Below, in pieces: positions 17,811-26,493 of a stretch of DNA of 34,837 nt. The notes under the pieces were generated by a model, which saw nothing but the letters and a program-made list of their open reading frames with translations, had not been told where the DNA came from and searched no databases. Origin of the DNA: Chitinophagaceae bacterium (lineage in GTDB: Bacteria; Bacteroidota; Bacteroidia; Chitinophagales; Chitinophagaceae); assembly GCA_036007525.1 (NCBI GenBank), contig DASYOS010000196.1, positions 1-34,837 of the forward strand, read 5' to 3'. Made by a program: the position numbers and the translations under genes. The stretch's first letter is position 1. Each line of letters opens with the position of its first letter.

Positions 17811-20633
17811 CTACTGATTGAACAAATTCACAGGTAAAATCAGTTCCCACCTGTTTTTTCCTGTGGCACCAAAAAGATCCTTATCTAATAAATAACTATA
17901 CCGTATACCAAAAGTTACATTGGCTTCATTCCACCATTTGGTATCAAAATATAATTCCCCTCCGGTTGATCTGAAATTAGCTGAAAACTTGGCCCCGTTT
18001 GTAAAAAAATCATTTACATGTGTATGATCATAAAACAAATTTGCTCTCAATCTTAAAAGATAAACTATGCTTGCAAAGCCTGCATCTGGATAAAGCAATG
18101 GCAAATGATAATTGGCTCCCCATTTTGTCATCTCATGTAAATTCTCTGACTGGTACCCTCTTGAAAAGGGAAACCCACTCGAGAAATTGAGCTGACCCAC
18201 TGTATCTTTTTTTAAATAAGCACCATTTAAAACTATATTATGATTGGTTAAAAATCCAGGTAAGTACAAATTTCCATTTGCTATAAATTGAGATCCTTCA
18301 TAATTAGTTAATGCTCTTTTATAACCAAGTGATAAAGTTTGGGCAAGCTGGGGGTAAATATTTTGTTTTGCTTTTTGTACCTGATTACTAATAGTGAAAA
18401 AATTACTGATGTAACTGTATGATATCTTACCCAAAGTATCTTTATAAACTCCTTTAAAATTGGATTGATTATAAACAAATCTGCTTCCGATATTCATAAA
18501 AGTATTGGATCTTCCTTTACTTAAATTCAGAGGGATGTTAAATCCTCCCTGTGGCTCGAGCTCATTCCAGTAAACTGTTTTGCCATGATATCTTCCTCTT
18601 CTATCAATAGTATAATCTGCCCCCGCAGATAAATATGGGAACAATGCACTATATACCGCGTTAAAGCCAACTCTCTTCCATTGTTCTGCACGGTTATAGG
18701 TAAAAGATAATTGCGACTGCAGCGTGTTTAAAATATTTTCACTTACAAGAGTTAGTTTATATTCAGGATCATCAACCAATGGTTCTATGCTATGAAAATT
18801 TAGCAAGCCAAATGATTTTTTATATTTTGATACGGGTAAAGGTTCGTTTGGTACTGAATATAAAAGGTTGGCATTGGTTTTATGAAGAGCAGAGATTCCA
18901 AAGCTTGAAGTTGGGGTATTGAATTGTTCAGGATTTATCGCTTTCCAGGATATCAATAACTTATCTACAAGTTGCAATTTATATCCATTTGCAGTAAAAG
19001 TGGACCAGGCCAGTTTATTGTTGCTTATTGCAGGATAATAATATCCCATCCCCTCATTGCTTTTAGTTTGTAAAAGGAATAATTTTTTATCAGCAAAACT
19101 ATAAGCGTATAAATTATCTGTCTCACTATAAGATGCTGAGAAATAGATAGTGTCATGCGAAATTGCGGGAAAACCAATAATGTTAAATGCAAATGGAGTT
19201 AAATATTCTGCATCTCCGGTAGCTGTATTTATTAACCCCAGAGACATTTGCCCTTTATTGTTTCTTACTGCAGTAATTATTTTATTGCCATAAAATTTAG
19301 GGTATGTATAAAATAAATTTTCCGGATTTGGGACCAAAGTTAAAACATCGCCATTTGAAGTATTAAGGATTTTTAAAACTGATTTGCCGTACGGGTTTAC
19401 TTCCACAGCTACTACTTTTGTTCCATCATCGTTAATATCAGGAGCAAAATATTTTGTGTGATGAGTAATCGTTTGCTGCCTGCCAGTACTTATGTCCAGT
19501 ATTTGCAGATCGCTATAATTCCTGTTTCCCCATCGTTTATCAGATTGGTATGATGCATATACGATCTTGCCATTGCGGTAAGAAAAATGATTATCAATGG
19601 ATACATCTTTTACCCTGATATTTTTTTCATCTTTCCCTTTACGAATTATGAATGAATGGATTTTTTTATAACTGCTTTTTACAAGCACGATCTCATTTTC
19701 ATTTATAAAGGCCGGATATTCCTCATTAATGTATTGCCTGCCTGTTCGGTAGGCAGGTTTATTGGGAAGTGTGTTATCAAATTTATTTTTAAAATAATTC
19801 AAAGCATCATTTCTAAATTCAATATAATTTTTGCCTGAATATTTTTTTATTGCTTTTTGAAAAGGATAGAATAATCCTTTAAAAGCTGCGGCATCATGGG
19901 TTACATTTTTCCAGAAATCATCGCCATATTTTTCTCTTCCATAAGCCACTAATAAATATCCCAAAGCATAGTGATCGGGCACAAAATCTTTATATGAGCC
20001 ATTGCGCAGTTTCATCCAGCTGTATTTTTTATCTGCCTGCCATAAAGAGCGGAAATCTTTATAAAAAAATGGCAAACTACCACGGCCCTGCCTGCTTACG
20101 TTTGTTTCATTAAACACAGCATCTCCTTCAAAAAACCAATTGGGAATGGATGCACCATTTGCGAAGGCCTGGCCTTCATCTCCAAATAATATTTTAAAAA
20201 GATTGGATAAGCCAACATTAAAATTGCTGTACTGCTGCACATGCCTGAACTCATGAATGGAAAGCTGGTCAGCCCATGGCAAACTTCCTAATTCAAAACT
20301 ATTTTGTAAAGGCGTTAAAAAAAATTCACTGCGAAAGGGCCCCAGGCCTACATATCCATTGGAAATGGTAGTTTGATTTTGCAGCACTATATTTATCTTT
20401 CTGCTTTTTGTTCCAATAGTATTTTGTGTTGTTCTGTTTAAATAAGAAATAATATTTGCTATTCTTTTTGCAGATGAATCAAGATTTGAAGGGAAAATAA
20501 TTCTTGCTTCAGGCGTATTTACCTGGTTCCATTTTACAGAAGGCGGAGTGCCGCCAAATTGTTGGGCATACGTCCCTCTTGTAATAAAGAATAGTAAAAA
20601 AAATAAAAATGTGGTTTTAAAGTTTAGTTTCAT
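17811..20633 (-). CDS. Outer-membrane protein: gluzincin-like HExxH peptidase domain, TolB/WD40-like propeller and Omp85-like C-terminal barrel
   Basis: ATG at 20633 gives a signal peptide (…TYA-Q). HEFRH plus downstream WFFEGDA, propeller-like repeats (YPAF, FAPDI, YPKF, FPAI), and C-terminal beta strands with FSRGY. Confidence 0.7.
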   Translation of the reverse strand: MKLNFKTTFLFFLLFFITRGTYAQQFGGTPPSVKWNQVNTPEARIIFPSNLDSSAKRIANIISYLNRTTQNTIGTKSRKINIVLQNQTTISNGYVGLGPFRSEFFLTPLQNSFELGSLPWADQLSIHEFRHVQQYSNFNVGLSNLFKILFGDEGQAFANGASIPNWFFEGDAVFNETNVSRQGRGSLPFFYKDFRSLWQADKKYSWMKLRNGSYKDFVPDHYALGYLLVAYGREKYGDDFWKNVTHDAAAFKGLFYPFQKAIKKYSGKNYIEFRNDALNYFKNKFDNTLPNKPAYRTGRQYINEEYPAFINENEIVLVKSSYKKIHSFIIRKGKDEKNIRVKDVSIDNHFSYRNGKIVYASYQSDKRWGNRNYSDLQILDISTGRQQTITHHTKYFAPDINDDGTKVVAVEVNPYGKSVLKILNTSNGDVLTLVPNPENLFYTYPKFYGNKIITAVRNNKGQMSLGLINTATGDAEYLTPFAFNIIGFPAISHDTIYFSASYSETDNLYAYSFADKKLFLLQTKSNEGMGYYYPAISNNKLAWSTFTANGYKLQLVDKLLISWKAINPEQFNTPTSSFGISALHKTNANLLYSVPNEPLPVSKYKKSFGLLNFHSIEPLVDDPEYKLTLVSENILNTLQSQLSFTYNRAEQWKRVGFNAVYSALFPYLSAGADYTIDRRGRYHGKTVYWNELEPQGGFNIPLNLSKGRSNTFMNIGSRFVYNQSNFKGVYKDTLGKISYSYISNFFTISNQVQKAKQNIYPQLAQTLSLGYKRALTNYEGSQFIANGNLYLPGFLTNHNIVLNGAYLKKDTVGQLNFSSGFPFSRGYQSENLHEMTKWGANYHLPLLYPDAGFASIVYLLRLRANLFYDHTHVNDFFTNGAKFSANFRSTGGELYFDTKWWNEANVTFGIRYSYLLDKDLFGATGKNRWELILPVNLFNQ
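19737..19757. repeat. 21-bp palindromic REP-like element in frame within the CDS
   Basis: cctgcct-gttcggt-aggcagg forms a perfect 7-bp stem and encodes PAYRTGR on the minus strand. Confidence 0.7.
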
Positions 20634-20651
20634 AGACGATTTTTTTTTCTG

Positions 20652-20675
20652 CTCCAAAGGAGTCCTATGGACGAT
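20652..20675. repeat. Double mini-hairpin dispersed repeat, copy 1
   Basis: ctccaaaggagtcctatggacgat is 21/24 identical to 27481-27504. Confidence 0.75.
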
Positions 20676-20783
20676 GGAATCCTAAGGAACAAGTTAAGTA
20701 ATTATCCGAATCTCCGATCCTACATTTCATAAACGTGATATTCACAAATGTAGTTTTACCTTCATAAATAAATTTTAGGGTTA

Positions 20784-21512
20784 ATGAAGTTATATAAAGA
20801 GAATATTACAAATGAACTGAAAGTATGGCAAAGGCAAATGCTTGGGAAACCTACAAGATTGAATAACCTTGCAAAGAAGGTTCAGACAAAAATAAATAGT
20901 TGGATACCTGAAAAAATTCATAGAGCTATAACTGCAACTATTAAGCAAATGGTAAGGGCAGTTTTGTTTGGTGCAAAATACACCACACAAAATCCGATAA
21001 ACGAAGATGATATCGAAATATTGGAAATTCGGGTATCTGAAAAAATAAAATTGTATAGAAACACGGCGGCCGTAGAGGGAGGTATAACAGGTGCAGGCGG
21101 CATTTTACTTGGATTAGCAGATTTTCCGTTGCTCCTTGTTATAAAAATTAAATTACTCTTTGAAATTGCAGCATTGTATGGATATAACACCGATGATTAT
21201 AAGGAAAGAGTTTACATACTTCATATTTTTCAGCTTGCATTTTGCAGTCATGAAGAAAGAAGAAATGTTTATTTAAAGATGGTAGATTGGGAAGAGAAAA
21301 GCAAAGACCTTCCTGATGATATTCATCAATTTGACTGGCGTACATTTCAGCAGGAATACAGAGATTATATAGATCTTGCAAAAATGGCACAGCTGATTCC
21401 TGTTATTGGAGCTCCGGTAGGTGTTGTTGCTAATTATAGTTTGATAAAAAAATTGGGTATTACTGCAATGAATGCGTATAGAATGCGGTTACTAATTAAC
21501 GTTGAAGATTAA
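20784..21512 (+). CDS. EcsC family protein
   Basis: EGGITGAGGILLGLADFP, IAALYGY and QLIPVIGAPVG motifs. Confidence 0.85.
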   Translation: MKLYKENITNELKVWQRQMLGKPTRLNNLAKKVQTKINSWIPEKIHRAITATIKQMVRAVLFGAKYTTQNPINEDDIEILEIRVSEKIKLYRNTAAVEGGITGAGGILLGLADFPLLLVIKIKLLFEIAALYGYNTDDYKERVYILHIFQLAFCSHEERRNVYLKMVDWEEKSKDLPDDIHQFDWRTFQQEYRDYIDLAKMAQLIPVIGAPVGVVANYSLIKKLGITAMNAYRMRLLINVED

Positions 21513-21518
21513 ACCCTA

Positions 21519-22439
21519 ATGAAGACAATTGATGAGGTATATAATGGGTTTGTTGAGCAATTAAAAACGATTTATGATGAAAGGGAATCAGCAAACATTG
21601 CTGATTGGGTTTTTGAAAGCATTGCAAATAGTAAAAGATTAGATAGAATTACAGACAGGCAAAAAGTATTAAATAATTCAACAATTCAAAAGTTAAGCAA
21701 TGTTCTGGAACAGCTTTTAACGCACAAGCCTGTACAATATATTTTAGGAGAAGCCTGGTTTTATAAAATGAGATTGAAAGTAAATAAAAATGTGCTTATA
21801 CCAAGGCCTGAAACTGAAGAATTGGTTGAATGGGTTGTAGAAGAAGTACGAAGTACGATGCACGATGTACGATGTAAGATTGAGGATGTACGTAAAGCAT
21901 CTAACAACATCCAACGTCCCACATCTGACATCGCACGTATCCTCGATATTGGAACCGGAAGCGGCTGCATTGCAATTGCATTAAAAAGAGAATTACAAAC
22001 GGCAGAACTTTATGCGATTGATATAAGTAATGATGCCTTGCTTGTAGCAAAGCAAAATGCCACCGATCAAAAGGTAGAAATTAATTTTTTGCAACTTGAT
22101 TTTTTAAATGAACGTCAGTGGCCATTATTGCCATCCTTCGATTTCATCATTAGTAACCCGCCATATATACCGGAAAATGAAAAAAGCAAGCTTGCGAAAA
22201 ATGTTGTTGATCATGAACCGCAGGTTGCATTGTTTGTAACCGATAGTGATCCTTTTATTTTTTATAAAAAAATAGCATCATTTGCTGATAACCATCTAAA
22301 AGAAAAAGGTAAAATTTTTGTTGAAGTGCATGAAGATTATTCCAAAGGTGTACAAAAAATATTTGAAGAAAAAAATTTCAAAATAGAAATGAAAAAAGAT
22401 ATTTATGGAAAAGACAGAATGGTTAAAGTATTTAGGTAG
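21519..22439 (+). CDS. prmC: Peptide chain release factor N5-glutamine methyltransferase with a repeat-derived insertion
   Basis: PVQYILG, VLIPRPETEELV, ILDIGTGSGCIA, SNPPY, HEPQVALF and KDIYGKDR motifs. Confidence 0.96.
   Translation: MKTIDEVYNGFVEQLKTIYDERESANIADWVFESIANSKRLDRITDRQKVLNNSTIQKLSNVLEQLLTHKPVQYILGEAWFYKMRLKVNKNVLIPRPETEELVEWVVEEVRSTMHDVRCKIEDVRKASNNIQRPTSDIARILDIGTGSGCIAIALKRELQTAELYAIDISNDALLVAKQNATDQKVEINFLQLDFLNERQWPLLPSFDFIISNPPYIPENEKSKLAKNVVDHEPQVALFVTDSDPFIFYKKIASFADNHLKEKGKIFVEVHEDYSKGVQKIFEEKNFKIEMKKDIYGKDRMVKVFR
21845..21937. repeat. Paired inverted TGTACGA-like heptamer arrays inside prmC
   Basis: agtacga agtacga tgcacga tgtacga tgtaaga ttgagga tgtacgt … tccaacg tcccaca tctgaca tcgcacg. 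Confidence 0.85.
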
Positions 22440-22476
22440 CCAAATCCTAAAATCTATTAATCTTAAAAATCCTAAT

Positions 22477-22881
22477 CTATTTTTGCCCTGCAACTGATGC
22501 GGAAGTGGTTGCCCCTAATTTTTTTGCTACCTGCATCACTCTTACAATATCGCCCCAGCTAACCAGGGAATCTGCATTTACTACTACGGCAGGTTTTATG
22601 CTGTCGCCCATATGTATATGAGTTCTTAAAGCAGACTCAAGAGAATCAAAAATAATTTTATTCTGACCAACATACAGCTGGTTATTTTTATCAATACTTA
22701 CAACTACGCTTTGTTTGGCCTTTGCATCACTTTTGGCTTTGGGATTACTTACCCTTATAACATTAGGATTAGCCAGCGTGGAAACAATTAAAAAGAAAAA
22801 CATAAGGATAAACAATATATCATTCAACGGCCCCGTATCCAATTCTGCATGATGTTCTTTTAATCTCTTTCTTAAACTCAT
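22477..22881 (-). CDS. exbD: ExbD/TolR family biopolymer transport protein
   Basis: PLNDILFILMFFFLI transmembrane segment with the conserved Asp, followed by VVVNAD…IVRVM. Confidence 0.9.
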   Translation of the reverse strand: MSLRKRLKEHHAELDTGPLNDILFILMFFFLIVSTLANPNVIRVSNPKAKSDAKAKQSVVVSIDKNNQLYVGQNKIIFDSLESALRTHIHMGDSIKPAVVVNADSLVSWGDIVRVMQVAKKLGATTSASVAGQK

Positions 22882-22887
22882 TTACTA

Positions 22888-22922
22888 AGTTTGTAGTTTG
22901 AAGTTTGTGGTTTGAAGTCTTA
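22888..22922. repeat. AGTTTGW heptamer array (x5) just upstream of the exbD start
   Basis: agtttgt agtttga agtttgt ggtttga agtctta. Confidence 0.75.
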
Positions 22923-22948
22923 CTGATTTTTATTGTTAATAGCTTTTA

Positions 22949-22992
22949 TATCCCATTAATCTTTATAATCTCATAAATCCCGGTTCAGACAA
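22949..22992. repeat. AATC-based nonamer array ending in GGTTCAGACAA, abutting the exbB stop
   Basis: atcccatta atctttata atctcataa atcccggttcagacaa. Same terminus as 33258-33292. Confidence 0.8.
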
Positions 22993-22993
22993 A

Positions 22994-23665
22994 TTATTTT
23001 GTGGGCTCTTGTAAAATGTCAATAAATTCTGCGCTGGCAACATCCATTTTATTTTCGACATGATTTATTTGCGCAGTTAGATAACTATGACCTATAAAAG
23101 TTAATATGCCGATGATCAAACCTGTGGCTGACGTTATCATCTTTACATAAATACCATCGGCGATTGTATTAAAATTATATTCGCTGCTTCCGGCAATACC
23201 TTTAAACAACTGCAGCATCCCAATAATTGTTCCCAGGAAACCAAATAACGGAGCTATTCTGGCAATGATTGAAAGCACGGGAAGATTTTTTTCCATTTTA
23301 TACATTTCCAGCACCCCAACATTATCCATGCTTTTTTCAATAGCGTCAATGGGTTTACCAATACGCTGAATGCCCTTATCAATCATCCTGGCAACAGGAT
23401 GAGTATTATTTTTTGAAAAACTTCTTGCAGCTGCAATATTACCTGTTACAATATGATCACGAATAATACTCATAAAATTGTCTTCTATCTTACCTGCTTT
23501 GCGTATTGCAATTAGTCTTTCAATAAAAAAGAAAATTGCTGCTGCGAATAAAAGGGCCAGCGGTATCATGAGCACCCCTCCTTGCATTAAAACATCCCAA
23601 AGAGATTGCATTTGTGGTGCTGAAGTAACCTTCGTTGAATCAACTTGTAAAAAAAATAATTGCAT
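22994..23665 (-). CDS. exbB: MotA/TolQ/ExbB proton channel family protein
   Basis: GGVLMIPL, APLFGFLGTIIGM and GIYVKMITSATGL motifs. Paired with exbD. Confidence 0.9.
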   Translation of the reverse strand: MQLFFLQVDSTKVTSAPQMQSLWDVLMQGGVLMIPLALLFAAAIFFFIERLIAIRKAGKIEDNFMSIIRDHIVTGNIAAARSFSKNNTHPVARMIDKGIQRIGKPIDAIEKSMDNVGVLEMYKMEKNLPVLSIIARIAPLFGFLGTIIGMLQLFKGIAGSSEYNFNTIADGIYVKMITSATGLIIGILTFIGHSYLTAQINHVENKMDVASAEFIDILQEPTK

Positions 23666-23683
23666 GAAAATTTTGGTTTAGGA

Positions 23684-23712
23684 TCCCGAAATTTTCGGGA
23701 CAGGCAAATGTA
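23684..23712 (-). promoter_or_regulatory. -7 promoter box TACATTTG immediately followed by a palindromic element (GCCTGTCCCGAAAATTTCGGGA) in the exbB leader
   Basis: caaatgta at 23705-23712 and tcccgaaa-t-tttcggga at 23684-23700. Confidence 0.6.
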
Positions 23713-23804
23713 AAGAGTAAATCGGTTACGAATGGTTGAGGAAATAATTTTAACGAAAATGTTAATGATGTGATGGTAGTTAGCCTTTGATGGAATCTAT
23801 ATAG

Positions 23805-25976
23805 TTATTTCAAATACCCCGTCAGCCATCGCATTATGTTTAAAGCAAACTGTTTATTATCATTACCCGGGGTATTCATTCCCATTTTACCTCTTTCTGA
23901 TGGTTCGAATAGCAAAGCCATTAAAGCCCAAGCATCAGTAACTACCACTTTTCCTTTTCCATAATTGAACGCTATACCAAGAGACCGGAATCCATCAGTT
24001 TTGATGCCAACTCTTGACGTACGGTCTTCGGGGTCTATACTCATAAAATCCACTGCTGATTTACTTAATTTTAGCAGTATTGAAGAACCTCTCGGGCCAA
24101 TTATTGTTTTACTTGCAAGTGTTTGCACCTTTTTTATTCGTTCTGAGATATTTCTTCCTTTTAGTATCGGGTGATTTCCAAGCAGTGAATCCGCTTCGGA
24201 GAAATAGATGTAGGAAGGATTAATGGTAAAGCGATCTCTAAGAAGTCCATGGAGTGAATCGTGTGTAGTTTCAATTTCTTTTGTTTGAATACCGAATGTT
24301 TGTAAGACCTCATCAAATAGGGGCCAATCATGATGGGTAAAAGTGAGCAGAGCACCACCTTGCAGAACCCAGTTATTTAATAGCTGGATCTCATCTTTCT
24401 CAAATTGTCCTCCTCTAATAATAAGAAAGTTTGTTTGTGCCAATGATTGCTTTGTAAAAGAGCCCAAATTTTTCACAACCTTAAATCCATCGTTTGTAAG
24501 AAGGTTGATCATGGCTTTAATATCGTTTTCTAGAGAAACGACTGTTCTAATATGATGTACATAATCCACTAATATAGTTGGGCAATTTGATTGGCATACA
24601 GGATTTATGACGCTTACATCAAAAGTAGTATCAGCAATAGGTCCATCTTTTAAAACCCGGCTTCTGCGGGCACCATACTTTTCTTTTGCAGCCTGGGCTT
24701 GTAATTCAAATTGTTCCTTTTTTAATTTATTGTTCGTTGTCACATAAAAAGAACTCATGCTCTTGTGTGCATAATAGCTTGTGGGGTAGTTATCTACATT
24801 CATTTTAAATAGCATCCCTGCTATATCAAACTTTTGTTGTATTAAAAACTGATTGGCCACATTGTCTATAAATGGTTCGGGTGGCATGGGTTTCATTCCA
24901 GGTTTTCCTGCCAAAGAATCATTCCGGGCTATAATGTATTGTTCAATATTAAATGAAGGCTTAAAAAAATCATCAGGTAAGTTGTACTGAAGTATTAATG
25001 ATCTAGTATTATAGAGATCAGCTTTTTCTTTGTTGCCTGTTTTATAAAAAAAGGCTCCCATGTCCTTATTTGCCGTGTAGCTAGTGGAATACCAATCGAC
25101 ATTCATTTTAAATAAAGTGTATGCCTTTTCTGTCATTCCTGCATTTAGGTAAGCATTAGCAACCATATTGTTTAGATATTCAGGAGGAGGTACATTCTTG
25201 TGGAGTAATTTCGAAAGACCCCTGTAGTCCGCTTTTATTGCAGAATCTATTTTCAATAATGTATCTGAAATAAATGTTTGCTTTTTATATTTTAAAACTT
25301 GTGCTCTTGAAAAATAAACGTAAGCCCTGTCTTTATCATTTGTCACCACATAATAATCCATCATGTTTCGATAGAGTACGAGGTTCGGACTGAAATGATC
25401 TAGGGAAAGCTTGAAAAGCTTGTATGCCTTGTCATACATCTTTTTTTTGATGAATGTGTATGCTCTATCATTAAGATGAGAAAATGCACTGTCTGAATGG
25501 TTGCTAAGTGCTAATGCAAAATATATTTGCTTTTGATTTAGATTGGTAATGATTTTATTATCTTCTCTTTGATCCGATAAAAAGTTTTTATAAGCTCTTA
25601 CATATAATTTATTCAAAACCCCTTTCCATCTTTTATCTTCATGCAAAGGGGTTAGTATTTCATTAGAAATAATTTCATCAACTTGATTATACTTTAGCCC
25701 TTCTAAATTAGAAATTTGCTCCAATTGATAAAAAGCGCTATCTGGTATATGGCATAGCATCCATGAATAAACGGCGTTATCTATGTCGTAAACTCTAGTT
25801 TTTTTTCCTAAAATATTAAATGCAAGAGAATAAGTATTTGCTGCCCTTTTATAATCTTTTATTTCATAAAAAGAATCTGCTTTATCAATAAGGTCAATGT
25901 ATTTTTTTAGATTAACTTGGCTGAAGGATAGTGATGTGAAGAGCGAACAATAGAAATATAGTATAACTTTTTTCAT
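23805..25976 (-). CDS. Secreted multi-TPR protein with a C-terminal DUF4350/GIFT-like (class I GATase-like fold) domain
   Basis: Signal peptide (…SFS-Q), N-terminal TPR, three repeated PPE…KA…LFKxN…Y helical modules, and C-terminal WVLQGGALL…DWP…YGKGKVVV…NDNKQFALNIMRWL. Confidence 0.65.
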   Translation of the reverse strand: MKKVILYFYCSLFTSLSFSQVNLKKYIDLIDKADSFYEIKDYKRAANTYSLAFNILGKKTRVYDIDNAVYSWMLCHIPDSAFYQLEQISNLEGLKYNQVDEIISNEILTPLHEDKRWKGVLNKLYVRAYKNFLSDQREDNKIITNLNQKQIYFALALSNHSDSAFSHLNDRAYTFIKKKMYDKAYKLFKLSLDHFSPNLVLYRNMMDYYVVTNDKDRAYVYFSRAQVLKYKKQTFISDTLLKIDSAIKADYRGLSKLLHKNVPPPEYLNNMVANAYLNAGMTEKAYTLFKMNVDWYSTSYTANKDMGAFFYKTGNKEKADLYNTRSLILQYNLPDDFFKPSFNIEQYIIARNDSLAGKPGMKPMPPEPFIDNVANQFLIQQKFDIAGMLFKMNVDNYPTSYYAHKSMSSFYVTTNNKLKKEQFELQAQAAKEKYGARRSRVLKDGPIADTTFDVSVINPVCQSNCPTILVDYVHHIRTVVSLENDIKAMINLLTNDGFKVVKNLGSFTKQSLAQTNFLIIRGGQFEKDEIQLLNNWVLQGGALLTFTHHDWPLFDEVLQTFGIQTKEIETTHDSLHGLLRDRFTINPSYIYFSEADSLLGNHPILKGRNISERIKKVQTLASKTIIGPRGSSILLKLSKSAVDFMSIDPEDRTSRVGIKTDGFRSLGIAFNYGKGKVVVTDAWALMALLFEPSERGKMGMNTPGNDNKQFALNIMRWLTGYLK

Positions 25977-25984
25977 AAGAAATA

Positions 25985-26014
25985 AATAAATAATTGATTA
26001 CTCAATTATTTATT
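25985..26014. promoter_or_regulatory. Perfect 13-bp inverted repeat just upstream of the TPR gene start (operator or hairpin)
   Basis: aataaataattga-ttac-tcaattatttatt. Confidence 0.5.
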
Positions 26015-26069
26015 AAATGTTACTATTGCGAATATAAATAAATCTTAGTTAGTCTATACTTTAAATTGG

Positions 26070-26429
26070 TTACTCTTCCCGATGAACAAGATCCATTGAA
26101 AAAGCAGGAAGACAAACGCTCCAGTATTCGCATTCTTCTTCAAAAGGATTTGAGTAGCGAACACGACTACCTTTTTTAATTAAAATACTTTCTCCGGCGC
26201 TAACAATGACTTCTTCTCCATCAATTTCAAACTTTTTTTTACCCCGGCTTATCAAAGTGTATTCGTCAAACTCCGGATTCTGATACGGCTCACTCCATCC
26301 GGAAGGCGCTACCATATGAGCTATGCTAAGCTCTGAAGTTTTTGTTGTTGCCAATCCGTAATGTTCTTCTATTAATTTCCCATCAGTAGTGGGTACAACA
26401 AATGGTTTATCCTGTTTAAAATAATTCAT
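26070..26429 (-). CDS. Cupin domain protein
   Basis: ATG at 26429 preferred. IAHMVAPSGWSEPYQNPEFDEYTL…G…V.AGESILI..G.RVRY cupin pattern. Confidence 0.88.
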   Translation of the reverse strand: MNYFKQDKPFVVPTTDGKLIEEHYGLATTKTSELSIAHMVAPSGWSEPYQNPEFDEYTLISRGKKKFEIDGEEVIVSAGESILIKKGSRVRYSNPFEEECEYWSVCLPAFSMDLVHREE

Positions 26430-26441
26430 GTAAAATTTTTT

Positions 26442-26474
26442 AAAAAGAAAAGTGCCGCAACTATACGACACTTT
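26442..26474 (-). terminator. Probable intrinsic terminator after the SPFH gene
   Basis: Minus strand AAAGTGTCGTA-TAGT-TGCGGCACTTT followed by TCTTTTT: a stem with G-U pairs and a U-tract. Confidence 0.6.
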
Positions 26475-26493
26475 AAAATACTTATGAGTCAGG

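Noticed and set aside
25930-25955. YCSLFT in the TPR protein signal peptide as another heptamer-derived tract
   Set aside because: The 7-nt periodicity is too degenerate to support.
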